The notes beneath the pieces were generated by a model. It did no database searches, was not told where the DNA came from, and saw only the letters and a program-made list of their open reading frames with translations. Both the position numbers and the translations under genes were made by a program. Shown here piece by piece: positions 28,791 to 40,643 of a stretch of 64,000 nt of DNA (position 1 is the first letter of the stretch; each line of letters begins with the position of its first letter). Source of the stretch: an uncultured archaeon (lineage in GTDB: Archaea > Thermoproteota > Nitrososphaeria > Nitrososphaerales > Gagatemarchaeaceae); assembly GCA_963799775.1 (NCBI GenBank), contig CAWCYD010000003.1:256001-320000 (forward strand). The letters run 5' to 3'.

Positions 28791-31700
28791 ATGGCGACCA
28801 CTACGAAGCAGCTTGACTCATGGGCGGTCCTTAGAGACATCCTCCAGAGGGAAGGAGTCGCAAGACAGCACCTCAACAGCTACAACGAGTTCATCGCGAA
28901 GGGACTGCAGTCGATCATAGACGAGATAGGAGAGACAGAGATCGAGACTGTCAGCACCCCATACAAGGTGAAGTTCGGCCGAGTCGAGCTCGGCAGGCCC
29001 AGAATCGTCGAGATCGACGGGTCCGTGAGCAACATCTTCCCGATGGAGGCGCGCCTGAGGAACCTGTCATACTCGTCACCGATCTACCTCGACATGACGA
29101 TCGAGGAGGAGGGGATGTCGCGCGAAGCGACCCGCCAGCACATAGGCGACCTCCCGGTCATGGTCAAGTCCGACCTCTGCCAGCTCTCGAAGATGACAAA
29201 GGAGCAGCTCGTGATGTCGGGCGATGGACCCGAACGACGCAGGCGGCTATTTCATCATCAACGGCTCCGAGAGGGTAATCGTCGGCCTGGATGAACCTCT
29301 CCCCGAACAAGATCCTCGTCGACCTCGAGAAGGTCGGCGCGGTCTCCACCTACAAGGCCCGTGTCTACTCTTCCGTGGTGGGCTACAGGTCCAAGCTAGA
29401 GGCCACCCTGAAGCAGGACGGCTCGATCAACGTCAAGGTGCCGAGCTGCCCGATAGACATCCCGTTCGTGATAATCATGCGCGCCCTCAGCTTCAAGTCC
29501 GACAAGGACATCGCCAACGCGGTCTCACCAAAGCCCGAGATACAGGACCTGCTCGAGGTCTCCTTCGACAAGGCCAACGAAGCGCCCACCGAGAAGGACG
29601 CCCTCGTCTACATCGGCAACCGGGTCGCCCACGGCATGCTCGAAGAATACAGGATCAAGAGGGCGCTTTCAATGCTCGACTGGGGGTTCCTTCCCCACCT
29701 CGGCAAGGCCGAGGACAGGAGGTACGACAAGGCGATGTTCCTGGGAGAGGCGGTCTGCAAGCTCCTCGAGCTGAGGCTGGGCTGGATCGAGGCTGACGAC
29801 AAGGACCACTATGGGAACAAGGTAATCAAGTTCGCAGGCCAGATGCTGGCCGACCTGTTCCGGACGTCGTTCAGGAACTTGGTCCGCGACATGAAGTACC
29901 AGCTCGAGAGAGCGGGGCAGAAGAGAGGAGGGAACGTCGTAGGGGCCGCGATAAGGACCGGCATCATCACTGACAAGCTCAACAACGCCATCGCGACTGG
30001 CAACTGGGGCAGAGGGAAGGTCGGAGTCACGCAGCTCCTGGACAGGACCAACTACCTCAGCACCCTGTCGCACTTGAGAAGGATACAGTCTCCGCTCAGC
30101 AGATCCCAGCCCAACTTCGAGGCGAGGGACCTTCACGCGACCCACTTTGGGAGGGTCTGCCCGTCAGAGACACCTGAGGGGGTCAACTGCGGTCTGGTCA
30201 AGAACCTGGCGCTCTCTGCGACGATCTCCGTCAGCGTCCCGCCGGCCGAGGTGGAGGAACGTCTGTGGGAGCTCGGAGCCAAGTCGATCCGCGACATCCC
30301 AGAGAAGCTGGCGCTCGATGGCTGCAAGATATTCATGGACGGGAGGTTCATCGGCTACGTCGACGACGGCGAGCGGCTCGCAAAGGCGTTCCGAAAGCTG
30401 CGCAGGGAAGGGCAGATCCACCCCAGCGCGAGCGTGATGCATTACGAGGCGGCCAACAAGAAAGGCTACTCCCGTCTCTACATCAGCCTGAGCGCCGGAA
30501 GGGTCATCCGTCCGCTCATCGTGGTCGAGAACGGGAAGCCTCTCCTCACGCAGGAGTTGGTCTCCAAGATCGCTGCCAACGAGCTGACTTGGAGAGACAT
30601 CGTCGAGAGAGGGATAATCGAGATGCTCGATGCGAACGAGGAGGAGAACTGCCTGGTAGCGATGTCTCCCGAGGAGGCGACTTCCAAGCACACGCACCTC
30701 GAGCTCTATCCGGGGGCAATGTTCGGAATCGCGGCCTCTATCATCCCGTATCCAGAGCACAACCAGTCCCCGAGGAACACGTACGAGTCGGCGATGGCAA
30801 AGCAGAGCCTCGGCTTCTCGACGCCCACCTTCCCGCTCTCTACGTTCGTGCGGCAGCACCTGCTGGTGAACCCCCAATCGCCGATGGTCCACACCAAGAG
30901 CACAGAGCTTCTGAACATCGACGAAAGGCCCTTCGGGACGAACGCCGTGGTGGCGGTCCTCTCCTTCGAGGGCTACAACATCGAGGACGCGATCATCATG
31001 AACAAGTCCAGCATCGAGCGCGGGTTCGCTCGCTCCTTCTTCTACAGGCTGTACGAGGCGGAGTCGAAGCAGTACCTTGGCGGGATGCGGGACACCTTCG
31101 AGGTACCCTCTGCAGAGTCCAACATCAGGGGATACCGGGGCGAGAAGTTCTACCGCCTCCTCGAGGCCGACGGAGTCATCATGCACGAGGCGACGGTGAC
31201 AGGCGGAGACGCGGTCATCGGCCGCACGAGCCCTCCTCGCTTCATGGAGGAGTACAAGGAGTTCGAGATCAAGGGGCCCTACAGGCGCGACACGTCCGTG
31301 GCCGTGAGGCCGACCGAGACCGGCGTCGTGGACTCTGTCTTCATGACAGAGAACGTCGAGGGGGGCAAGATGTACAAGGTCAGGGTGAGGGACATGAGCA
31401 CCCCGAGATCGGCGACAAGTTCGCGTCCAGACACGGACAGAAGGGAGTCATCGGGCTGGTCGTCCCGCAGGAGGACATGCCCTACACCGCCGACGGCGTC
31501 GTACCTGACGTGATAATCAACCCGCACGCGTTCCCATCAAGAATGACCGTGGGGCAGTTCATCGAGTCCATCTCCGGCAAGGCGGCCTCGCTCAGGGGCA
31601 ATTCCGCCGACGGGACCGCCTTCGCAGGCGAGACTCCGGAGGAGATGAGCAAGATCCTGCAAGAAAAGGGGTTCGAGCCCACAGGCAGGGAGGTGCTCTA

Positions 31701-32148
31701 CGACGGCAAGACGGGAAGGAAGTTCGCAGTCGACGTCTTCATCGGGGTCGTCTACTACCAGAAGCTCCACCACATGGTCGCCGACAAGATCCACGCCAGG
31801 GCGAGAGGCCAGGTCCAGATGCTGACAAAGCAGCCGACAGAAGGTCGTGCGCGCGGCGGAGGCCTCAGGTTCGGAGAGATGGAGAGAGATTGCCTCATCG
31901 CGTACGGCGCATCGATGGTCCTCAAGGACAGGCTCCTCGACGAAGCCGACAAGACAGAGGTGAACGTCTGCGAAAAGTGCGGCCTGATCGCCTACTACGA
32001 CGCAAAGCAGCGCAAGTACGCCTGCAAGATAGACGGAGACCAGGCGAAGATCTCCACCGTCGTCGTGGCCTACGCGTTCAAGCTCCTCCTGCAGGAGATG
32101 ATGAGCCTGAACATCGCTCCCCGACTGAGGCTCAAGGACGCGGTCTAG
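28791..32148 (+). CDS. rpoB: RNA polymerase subunit B (Rpo2), unsplit; frameshifts near 29225, 29292 and 31398
   Basis: [43 protein letters not shown]. Confidence 0.97.
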
Positions 32149-32172
32149 CAAGGAGCATAGTGGTGAAAAAAG

Positions 32173-35100
32173 ATGGCAATGCAAGAAGCTCTTAGGACGA
32201 TACGCTCAATCGACTTCGCGCTCCTCTCGCCCACCGAGATACGCAAGTACTCCGTGGCCGAGATCACACAACCAGAGACCTACGACGAAGACGGGATGCC
32301 CGTCCAGGGCGGCCTCATGGATTCCCGTCTGGGGACGCTCGAACCAGGACAAAAGTGCGGGACATGCGGCAACACGGCCTCCCGATGCCCCGGACACTTT
32401 GGGCACATCGAGCTCGCAGAGTCAGTCCTCCACATGGCGTTCGTCAGCGACATCAACAAGATGATCCAAGCGACATGCATGAACCTGCGGAAGGATCCTC
32501 CTCTCCCAGGAGGAGCTCGACGCGTACCGCCTGCGCCTGCAGAACATCACCGAGTTCACCCCGACGATGAAGGATGAGATCGCAAAGGAGATCCTGACAA
32601 GGGCGAAGAAGGTGAAGCTCTGCCCTCACTGTGGCAAGCAGCAGTACCAGATAGAGCTCACAAAACCGACGATATTCCACGAGATCACCGAGGAAGGAGG
32701 CGCGACCAGGCTCCTCCCAGGAGCGATCAGGGAAAGACTGGAAAGGATAACCAACGAGGACATCGAACTCCTGGGCTACAACCCGAGGGTCGCTCGACCC
32801 GAATGGTTCGTCCTTCAGGTCCTCCCCGTCCCTCCGCTCACGGTTAGGCCCTCGATCACGCTCGAGTCGGGCATCAGGTCCGAGGACGACCTCACCCACA
32901 AGATAGTGGACATCCTCCGTGTCAACCAGAGGGTGAGAGAGGCCAAGGAGTCAGGGACCCCGCACCTCATCGTGCATGGACCTCGTAGACCTCCTCCACT
33001 ATCACGTCACCACCTACTTCGACAACGAGGTCTCGGGCATCCCCCAGGCGCACCACCGCTCTGGAAGGCCGCTCAAGACCCTCAGCCAGAGGCTAAAGGG
33101 CAAGGAAGGGCGCTTCAGAGGCTCGCTCTCAGGCAAGAGGGTCGACTTCTCCTCACGAACCGTCATCAGCCCGGACCCCAGCCTAGACATCAGCGAGGTA
33201 GGCATCCCGTTCGAGGTGGCGAAGAAGCTCACCATTCCGGAGAAAGTCTCCGGCTGGAACATGGAGTCCCTCAAGAAGCTGGTCATCACAGGGCCCTTCG
33301 AGCACCCGGGGGCGAACTACGTAATCCGTCCAGACGGCGTCAAGATCAGGCTAGACTTTGCGAGCGACAGGAAGGCCCTCGCGGATTCGCTCGCGGCAGG
33401 CTACATCGTAGAGAGACACCTCATGGACGGCGACATCGTCCTCTTCAACAGGCAGCCGTCTCTCCACAGGATGTCGGTGATGGCGCACACCGTGCGCGTC
33501 CTCCCTTACAGGACCTTCAGGCTCCATCCGTCGGTCTGCCCCCCATACAACGCAGACTTTGACGGCGACGAGATGAACCTCCACGTCCCCCAGAGCGAGG
33601 AATCGAGGTCCGAGGCGCTGATGCTCATGCGCGTCCAGGATCAGATACTCTCGCCGAGATATGGCGGGCCAATCATTGGCGCCATCAGGGACTTCCTCAC
33701 CGGTGCTTACTTGCTCACTCGCGAAGAGACCATGCTCACACCCGAACAGTTCTCCAACCTCGCGCTCCAGGGTGGATACACGGGCGACCTCCCCGAACCG
33801 AAGACCAAGGGAGCCAACCCGCTCTACACGGGGAAGCAGCTCTTCTCTCTCTTCCTCCCGAAAGACATGAACCTGGTGCTCACCTCAAAGTGGGGCAAGG
33901 CCAAGACCGGGCAGTCCAACGACGTGGTCATCAAGGACGGAGAGCTGATCTCCGGAACGATCGACAAGGCAGCTATCGGGGCGGAGGAGCCCGACAGCCT
34001 TCTCCACAGGGTGGCGAAAGACTACGGCAACGACGAGGCAAGGCGCTTCCTCAACTCAATCCTCTCGGTGCTGAAAGAGTACATCACGCGGCGTGGCTTC
34101 AGCTACGGATACGACGAGCTCAAGCTCTCCGAGGATGCGATGGCAAAGATTGCCGAGACGCTGAAGGAGGCCTACGACAACTGCTCCGACCTCATCAAGA
34201 AGTACAAGAACGGGACGCTACCTCTCACTAGGGGCCTCTCCCCCGAGGGTTCGCTCGAGTTCTACATCGTCAACGAGCTCTCAAAGGCGAGAGACAGGGC
34301 AGGCAGGATCGCAGACCGCTCCTTCTCGACGGAGAACTCAGGAGTGATCATGGCACGCACCGGAGCAAGAGGCTCGAGTCTCAACCTCGGGCAGATGACC
34401 GCGGCCCTCGGGCAGCAGTCGGTCAGAGGGAAGAGGATCGAGAAGGGCCTGCGCGGAAGGTCGCTCAGCCACTTCCCGGTCGGCGACCTCGCGCCTGAGG
34501 CCAAGGGCTTTGTGAAGAGAAACTACAGGGACGGACTGACCCCAACCGAGTTCTTCTTCCACGCTATGGGAGGCCGTGAGGGACTCGTAGACACGGCCGT
34601 CAGGACACAGCAGAGCGGTTACATGCAGAGAAGGCTCGTCAACGCGATGGAGCACCTCCGCGTGGAGTACGACTTCACGGTCAGGGACCCGACCGGGAAC
34701 ATCATCCAGTTCCTGTACGGAGAAGACGGCATCGACCCCGCAAAGTCCGACCACGGGAGGCCGGTCAACCTCGACAGAGTATTGGGTTCAGCCGAGCTCA
34801 CGGACCACTCTCGGGCCAAGTTCGGTCAGAAGGAGGCCGTGTCGATCCTGGAAAAGTACGAGGGCAAGCTGAACAAGAGGCTGTTCAAGGAGCTCACGGA
34901 GAGGCTAGCGGAGGCCAACATCACAGAGGACGGAGTGAAGAACGTCCTCGACAGAGTGATGGAGTCGATAGACTACGCCACAGTCGAGCCGGGAGAGGCG
35001 TCAGGCATCGTCGCGGCCCAGTCAATAGGGGAGCCTGGAACACAGATGACGCTCAGGACGTTCCACTTCGCAGGCGTGAAGGAGAGAGACGTCACCCTGG

Positions 35101-35957
35101 GTCTTCCCAGATTGATGGAGCTCGTCGACGCCAGGAAGATCCCCGCTAAGCCTTCGATGGACGTGTATCTCGACGAGGGGTACAAGACGTCCAAGGAGAA
35201 GGCGGTGAAGGTGGCCAACGAGATCCTCTTCACAAGGATAGGCAACGTCGTGGACTACAGCGAGGTCGACCCGACCGAGGGCATCAAGCTGCACCTGAAC
35301 GAGGCCATGCTCGCCGAGAGGGACGTGAAAGCCGAAGACGTCGGCGAGGCTATGGAGACAGGCAAGAGGAACGTCCAGATCGAGCGCGGAGGCAAGGTCA
35401 TCCGTGTGAACATGGAGAACGCGGACCTCTCGAGCCTCTTCACCCTGAGAAACAAGCTCATGAACATGAAGCTAAAGGGCATCCCCGGCATCACCCGCGT
35501 GACCGTGGTGCAAGAGAACGACGAGTGGGTCATACAGACCGCCGGCTCCAACCTCGCAAAGGTCATCGCAGTCCCGGGAGTGGACACAAAGAGGATCACC
35601 ACCAACAACATCCACGAGGTCGCCCAGGTCCTAGGCATCGAGGCGGCACGCGCCACGCTGATCCGAGAGGTCATGAGCACGCTGGACGAGCAGGGCCTTG
35701 AGGTCGACGTCAGGCACATCTTCCTGGTCGCGGACCTGATGACGTCGAAGGGCTACCTGCAGCAGATCGGAAGGCACGGCATCGCGGGCACCAAGACGTC
35801 CGTCCTAGCAAGGGCCGCCTTCGAGATCACAGTCCCGACGCTCGCCGAGGCAGCGATCTACGGCGAGTCAGAGGAGTTGAAAGGCGTGACCGAGAACGTG
35901 ATTGTAGGCCTCCCCATCCCGGTCGGGACGGGGATAGTCGACCTCTACATGGGCTAG
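32173..35957 (+). CDS. rpoA: RNA polymerase subunit A (Rpo1), fused A'+A''; frameshifts near 32479 and 32977
   Basis: CPGHFGHIEL, NADFDGDEMN, then continuous into AAQSIGEPGTQMTLRTFH and ENVIVG. Confidence 0.97.
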
Positions 35958-35975
35958 AAGGGTTGGATTGAGAAG

Positions 35976-36348
35976 ATGGTCACAAAATCGAAATCGACCG
36001 TGGCAGCCGCGACAGATCAGCAGGCTCCTCACACGGATCTTGAAAGAGGCGGTGAAGACCGGCAAGTACACGATAGGGACGAAGGAGACGACGTCCGAGA
36101 TGAAGAGCGCCAAGCTCGTGATCGCGGCCAAGACGATCTCCGACAAGGAGCCAGCGAAGACGAGCCTCTTCAAAGAGGCCGAGAAGAACAAGGTTCCCGT
36201 CGTGAAGACGGACAAGTCTTCGGCCCAGCTCGGAAGGATGATCGGCAGGCCATTCCGAGTCTCGTTCATCGCCTTGCGCGTGGTCCCAGAAGGAGACTTT
36301 AGGCAGCTTGTGGGCGCTCCTTCCCAGTCTGGCAAGGCTTCAGCGTGA
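35976..36348 (+). CDS. rpl30e: 50S ribosomal protein L30e (frameshift near 36024)
   Basis: AVKTGKYTIG...SAQLGRMIGRPFRVS; conserved operon position. Confidence 0.9.
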
Positions 36349-36352
36349 AAGC

Positions 36353-36796
36353 TTGCCCGAGATCAAGCTCTCAGCAGATCAACTGGGTCTAATCTCGATC
36401 TTCCAGAACATGAGCGGCGCGACGGTCAGGGACTGCATCGTCGACGAGAAGGGAGCACGTCTCATCTTCATAATCAACAACGGCCAGATGGGCCTGGCGA
36501 TAGGAAAGAAGGGCGCGACCATCCAGAACATCGAAAGGGTGATCAAGAAGCCAGTCGAGGTGGTCGAGTGGTCCGACGACCCCGCTGAGATGATTCGCAA
36601 CGCCCTCGACCCGCGAGCCATCCAGGAAGTGAGGCTGGTCGACAGGCTCGACGGGTCCAAGAGCATGTCGGTCGTCGTTGACCCGAGGAGGAAGGGCGCG
36701 GTCCTCGGTAGAGGCGGGAAGAACGCGGAGAAGGTGAGGCTGATCGCGAAAAAGTACTTCAACATCAGCAACGTCCAGATCGTCACCGCTTTCTGA
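36353..36796 (+). CDS. nusA: archaeal NusA-like KH-domain transcription factor
   Basis: GLAIGKKG, VEVVEWSDD, LGRGGKN. Confidence 0.95.
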   Translation: MPEIKLSADQLGLISIFQNMSGATVRDCIVDEKGARLIFIINNGQMGLAIGKKGATIQNIERVIKKPVEVVEWSDDPAEMIRNALDPRAIQEVRLVDRLDGSKSMSVVVDPRRKGAVLGRGGKNAEKVRLIAKKYFNISNVQIVTAF

Positions 36797-36839
36797 GTCC
36801 CAACCCTTTTATACGCAACTCCGAGCACGACGCTGAAAC

Positions 36840-37268
36840 ATGCCCAGCGGAGAATTCGCGGCAAGGCAGATTGGGCTTCACAGGCAGAAGCTTCGCTGGA
36901 GCAACAAGTACTACAAGAGGAAAGTCCTCGGGCTAGACATCAAGGCAGACCCCTTTGAAGGTTCTCCGCAGGCAAGAGGCATCGTACTCGAGAAGGTAGG
37001 CATCGAATCGAAGCAGCCCAACTCGGCCATCCGGAAATGCGTAAGAGTCCAGATAGTGAAGAACGGTAAACAGGTCACAGCATTCCTCCCCGGAGACGGC
37101 GCGCTGAACTTCGTCGACGAGCACGACGAGGTCACGCTCGAAGGGATAGGCGGCTCCATGGGCAGAGCCATGGGCGACATCCCAGGAGTCCGATGGCAGG
37201 TGTCCAAGGTGAACGGTGTCTCGCTGAACGAGATGGTCTACGGACGGAAGGAGAAGCCAAGGAGATAG
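36840..37268 (+). CDS. rps12: 30S ribosomal protein S12
   Basis: [23 protein letters not shown]. Confidence 0.98.
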   Translation: MPSGEFAARQIGLHRQKLRWSNKYYKRKVLGLDIKADPFEGSPQARGIVLEKVGIESKQPNSAIRKCVRVQIVKNGKQVTAFLPGDGALNFVDEHDEVTLEGIGGSMGRAMGDIPGVRWQVSKVNGVSLNEMVYGRKEKPRR

Positions 37269-37277
37269 AGAGATGCA

Positions 37278-37886
37278 ATGAGCACCAAGCTGGAATACCC
37301 CAACCTCCTCCTCTGGAACAAGTGGGACATGAGTCACGTCAAGGTCGAGGACCAGGGCCTCGCCAGCGTGATAGACCTCAGGCCGATGCTCCTCCCCCAC
37401 TCGGGCGGAAGGCACGAGCACCAAAAGTTCTCGAAGACCAAGGTAAACGTGGTGGAGAGGCTCGTGAACCAGCTTATGCACTTCGGCAAGAAGCACGCCA
37501 AGAACACCGGAAGGATGGGCGGCAAGAAGCAAAAGTCGATGAGCATCGTCCGGACTGCGTTCGAGATAATCCAGATCAAGACCGGGGGCAACCCCGTCCA
37601 ATACCTCGTAAAGGCGATAGAGAACTCGTCCCCCAACGAGGACACCACGAGGATGAGCTACGGCGGAGTAGTGTACCACATATCGGTCGACATCTCGCCG
37701 ACAAGAAGGATCGACCTCGCGCTACGGTCGATATCTGAGGGCGTGAGAGAGGCCACTTTCAAGGCCAACCGGTCTGTCGAGGAAGTCCTCGCGGACGAGA
37801 TAATCGCAGCGGCGAGCGGCGACTCGAACAGCTTCGCGGTCAAGCGGAAGAACGAGCAAGAAAGAATCGCGATGGCCTCGAGATAG
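37278..37886 (+). CDS. rps7: 30S ribosomal protein S7
   Basis: PHSGGRH, NPVQYLVKAIEN, ERIAMASR. Confidence 0.98.
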   Translation: MSTKLEYPNLLLWNKWDMSHVKVEDQGLASVIDLRPMLLPHSGGRHEHQKFSKTKVNVVERLVNQLMHFGKKHAKNTGRMGGKKQKSMSIVRTAFEIIQIKTGGNPVQYLVKAIENSSPNEDTTRMSYGGVVYHISVDISPTRRIDLALRSISEGVREATFKANRSVEEVLADEIIAAASGDSNSFAVKRKNEQERIAMASR

Positions 37887-37913
37887 GCCTAACAGAAATA
37901 CCGGTATCCTTTC

Positions 37914-38640
37914 CTACGCCTTCTTATCTTTCTTCAATGCGAGTCCCCGAAGCTCGTTCTCCATCTCTGGAGGTTCCGACGTCGAAGCCTGCGGGGATGC
38001 GAGGAAGGCGCGGCACAACCTGAGGAGCCTCGTCTCTCCTCGAGACAAGGAGCGTGTGCGCGAACGTAAAGTCGTGCTTCGGGTCCTTCGCGACGGGCGG
38101 AAGGACCTCAAGGCGGGAAGTCCGCAGTGCGTCACGGAGCAGGTATCCTCCCTTGAGTTGGGTCACGAGGTCGTCCTCTGCCCATATCACGAGGCTCGGC
38201 TTGCCCACGCGCGAAAGCTGGGGGAGCTGGCTCTTGTCGTAGGTGCTCGCTACGAGGATGAGGTTCTCGACCCTCTCGGGCCAATCGATCGCGACCTCGA
38301 GCGCCACTTGTCCTCCCCAAGAGTATCCGAGCAACGTGGCGGTCGGGATCTTCATGACGTCCACCAGCTCGTGGATGACCCTCGCCTGGCCCTTGTAGTC
38401 CGGCGTCTCTGCGGGCCTGGAGGACTTGCCGTAGCCGACAAGGTCGGGGACGACCAACCGGTGGCTGTCCGCCAAAGCGAAGAGCCCCTCCATGTCCTTC
38501 CAACTCGGCCTCTTCTCCTCGCCATGGAGCATGACGATCGCAGGCCCGTTCCCCGTCGATGCGACGTTGATCTTGAACTCGCCGACATCCACCATCTGCT
38601 CGACCACCTTACCCGTTACCCGACTTCCGGCGCTCATCAA
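37914..38640 (-). CDS. alpha/beta hydrolase (frameshift near 38027)
   Basis: MLHG, PDLVGYGKS, GYSWGG, WAEDD. Confidence 0.88.
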
Positions 38641-38668
38641 TCCAAGTCCAGTTCTGGAGGGGTTTTAT

Positions 38669-40009
38669 CAATTCCTACCGAGAAAACCCACTGGCTTTAG
38701 CCGCGGGATGAAATCGAGCATGGGCGCTTTAATACATGAGGGCACCTAATCTGCTGATGAGGAGCGCCCTTCGGTTCCGCCTCTACCCGTCGCACGAACA
38801 AGAAGCGAGGATGGTCTGCACTCTCGATTCGTCTCGTCGGCTCTGGAACGACGCCCTCAGGCACAGGAGAGACAGGTGGCAGGAAGAGAGAAGATCTACT
38901 TCATACAGCCTGCAGGCGTCAATCCTTACGGTCGAGCGCAGAGAGGACGCTAAGCTCAGCGGGCTCTATGCCCAGGTTGCCCAGGACGTCCTCAAGAGGC
39001 TAGACAAGGCATTTCAGGCGTTCTTCAAGCACAAATCGAGGTATCCGAGGTTCAAGAAGCATTCAGAGACGGGTTCGTTCACGTACCCCCAGGCCTACAA
39101 CGGCTCCGCCAAACCCGACGCGACAAGGCGAAGGCTCTTCCTCTCAAAGATCGGAAATGTCAGGACGGTCTTCCATAGGCCGCTGCCGAAGGACGCCCTC
39201 CTGAAGACGTGCACGGTCAACAGGGAGCCCGACGGCAAATGGTTCGCGTCGCTCGTCTTCGAGGGCATCGTCCCGCTGCAAGACATCGGCGTCAGGATCA
39301 AGTTCGGATCACCTGTCGGCGTCGACCTCGGCCTAAAGTCTCTGATAGTCACGAGCGACGGCACCGATATCCCGCATCCCCGATTTCTCAGAAAGAGCGA
39401 GAAGAAGCTCAAACACCTCCAGCAGGTGCTCTCTCGCAAGAAGAAGGGCTCGAAGAACAGGCTCAAGGCACGTCAGAGGGTGGCGTCGCAGCACGCCAAG
39501 GTCAGGAGGCAGCGTACGGACTTGAACCACAAGCTCTCGACGGCGCTCGTGAGACGGCACGACCTCCTCGCCTTCGAGGACCTTCGCATCAGGAACCTGG
39601 TGCGGAACCACAAGCTGGCGAAGTCGATTCACGATGCTGGATGGGGTCAGCTCGCGAGGCTCGCGGAGTACAAGGCGCTCTCAAAGGGGAAGCGCGTAGT
39701 CAGAGTCGATTCCGCGTACTCGACCCAGGAGTGCTTCCATTGCGGCGCGCTCAACAAGATCGATCTCGACGTACGAGAGTTCGACTGCATCGGTTGTCGT
39801 CGCCATCTCAGACGCGACCACAACGCGTCGTGCATCGTGCTGAAGCGAGGACTCGCAATGGTAGGGCAGGGCATGCCCGAACTCAAGCCTGTGGAGATGG
39901 AACCTCTACTCGTCCAGACAACTAGGCGAGCAAGCTCTATCTGTGAAGCAGGAACTACACGCCCGCAAGGGCTGGAATCCCACGGCCAAATGCCGTGGGA
40001 GGATGTCAC
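38669..40009 (+). mobile_element. IS200/IS605-family element, tnpB only (IS1341-like)
   Basis: TTTAT target 5' of the left end; LE hairpin about 38687-38708; RE hairpin TCCCACGGC-CAAAT-GCCGTGGGA preceded by GAAT and ending GGATGTCAC. Confidence 0.85.
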
Positions 40010-40037
40010 CCGCTTCGCAAGGCACTACGTCGCCTGA
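38736..40037 (+). CDS. tnpB: RNA-guided endonuclease TnpB
   Basis: FRLYP HTH, RuvC GVDLG / AFEDL / RDHNA, Zn finger CFHC...CIGC. Confidence 0.95.
   Translation: MRAPNLLMRSALRFRLYPSHEQEARMVCTLDSSRRLWNDALRHRRDRWQEERRSTSYSLQASILTVERREDAKLSGLYAQVAQDVLKRLDKAFQAFFKHKSRYPRFKKHSETGSFTYPQAYNGSAKPDATRRRLFLSKIGNVRTVFHRPLPKDALLKTCTVNREPDGKWFASLVFEGIVPLQDIGVRIKFGSPVGVDLGLKSLIVTSDGTDIPHPRFLRKSEKKLKHLQQVLSRKKKGSKNRLKARQRVASQHAKVRRQRTDLNHKLSTALVRRHDLLAFEDLRIRNLVRNHKLAKSIHDAGWGQLARLAEYKALSKGKRVVRVDSAYSTQECFHCGALNKIDLDVREFDCIGCRRHLRRDHNASCIVLKRGLAMVGQGMPELKPVEMEPLLVQTTRRASSICEAGTTRPQGLESHGQMPWEDVTRFARHYVA
39860..40029 (+). ncRNA. putative TnpB omega/reRNA with 3' guide CCGCTTCGCAAGGCACTACG (5' boundary approximate)
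   Basis: Typical right-end sequence overlapping the tnpB 3' end; guide is the flank after TCAC. Confidence 0.65.
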
Positions 40038-40106
40038 AACCGGTGAAAACTTGAATTTCACACTGCTAATATAGCACCGAGCGTCCATTGCCCTAGCAAG
40101 AGAGAC

Positions 40107-40274
40107 ATGCCCCAAGAACCGATGAGCTTCTTCGGCTGGCTGATGGCCTGCTGCGTCAGCGACGAGGACGGCTCTCGAACTCGCGAGACTCTGTCGACGG
40201 CTCTCGTCTTCGCCTCGGGGATGGTAGCCAGCGGGATTACTCTCTACCTCGCGGGAATGCTGCACCTGCTCTAG
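40107..40274 (+). CDS. 55-aa membrane microprotein
   Basis: MPQEPMSFFGWLMACCVSDEDG...LYLAGMLHLL*; TATA-like TAATATA upstream. Confidence 0.45.
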   Translation: MPQEPMSFFGWLMACCVSDEDGSRTRETLSTALVFASGMVASGITLYLAGMLHLL

Positions 40275-40386
40275 CCGGCATCGTCGCTCCGCGGTTTCGT
40301 CTACGGAAATCGACCTAGATGTCGAGAAATACTACTCTCGCCCCATTTACGAGTGCCCGGAGGTATCATGTTTCAGGTAATCCAAA

Positions 40387-40593
40387 ATGGGAAGAAAAAT
40401 CGTACTGTTCGGATTCTGGTTGCTCGGCTACAGCTTGGGCTTCGTCGCCTGGCTGGTCAGGACACCAATCATCAACTCCATCATGAACCTCGGCATCAGC
40501 TCTGACGTCGCAGGAGCGATGATCACGGGCTTGGCGAGTTCAATCATGATGCTCGTCGGTGTCTTGCTCTGGAGCTTCCTGTCTAGACAATAA
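40387..40593 (+). CDS. small 2-TM membrane protein
   Basis: 68-aa hydrophobic ORF with host-like codons. Confidence 0.7.
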   Translation: MGRKIVLFGFWLLGYSLGFVAWLVRTPIINSIMNLGISSDVAGAMITGLASSIMMLVGVLLWSFLSRQ

Positions 40594-40643
40594 GTCCATC
40601 CATCGTAACTTTGGGTCGGGTCCCTCCCCCGACCCTTAGTTCT

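Noticed and set aside
25328-35957. Split acnA, rpoB and rpoA as pseudogenes, programmed frameshifts or genuine subunit splits
   Set aside because: The genes are essential or otherwise intact, the breaks are not at the known A'/A'' or B'/B'' split points, no slippery sites are present, and the breaks share a GGWCC context typical of sequencing error
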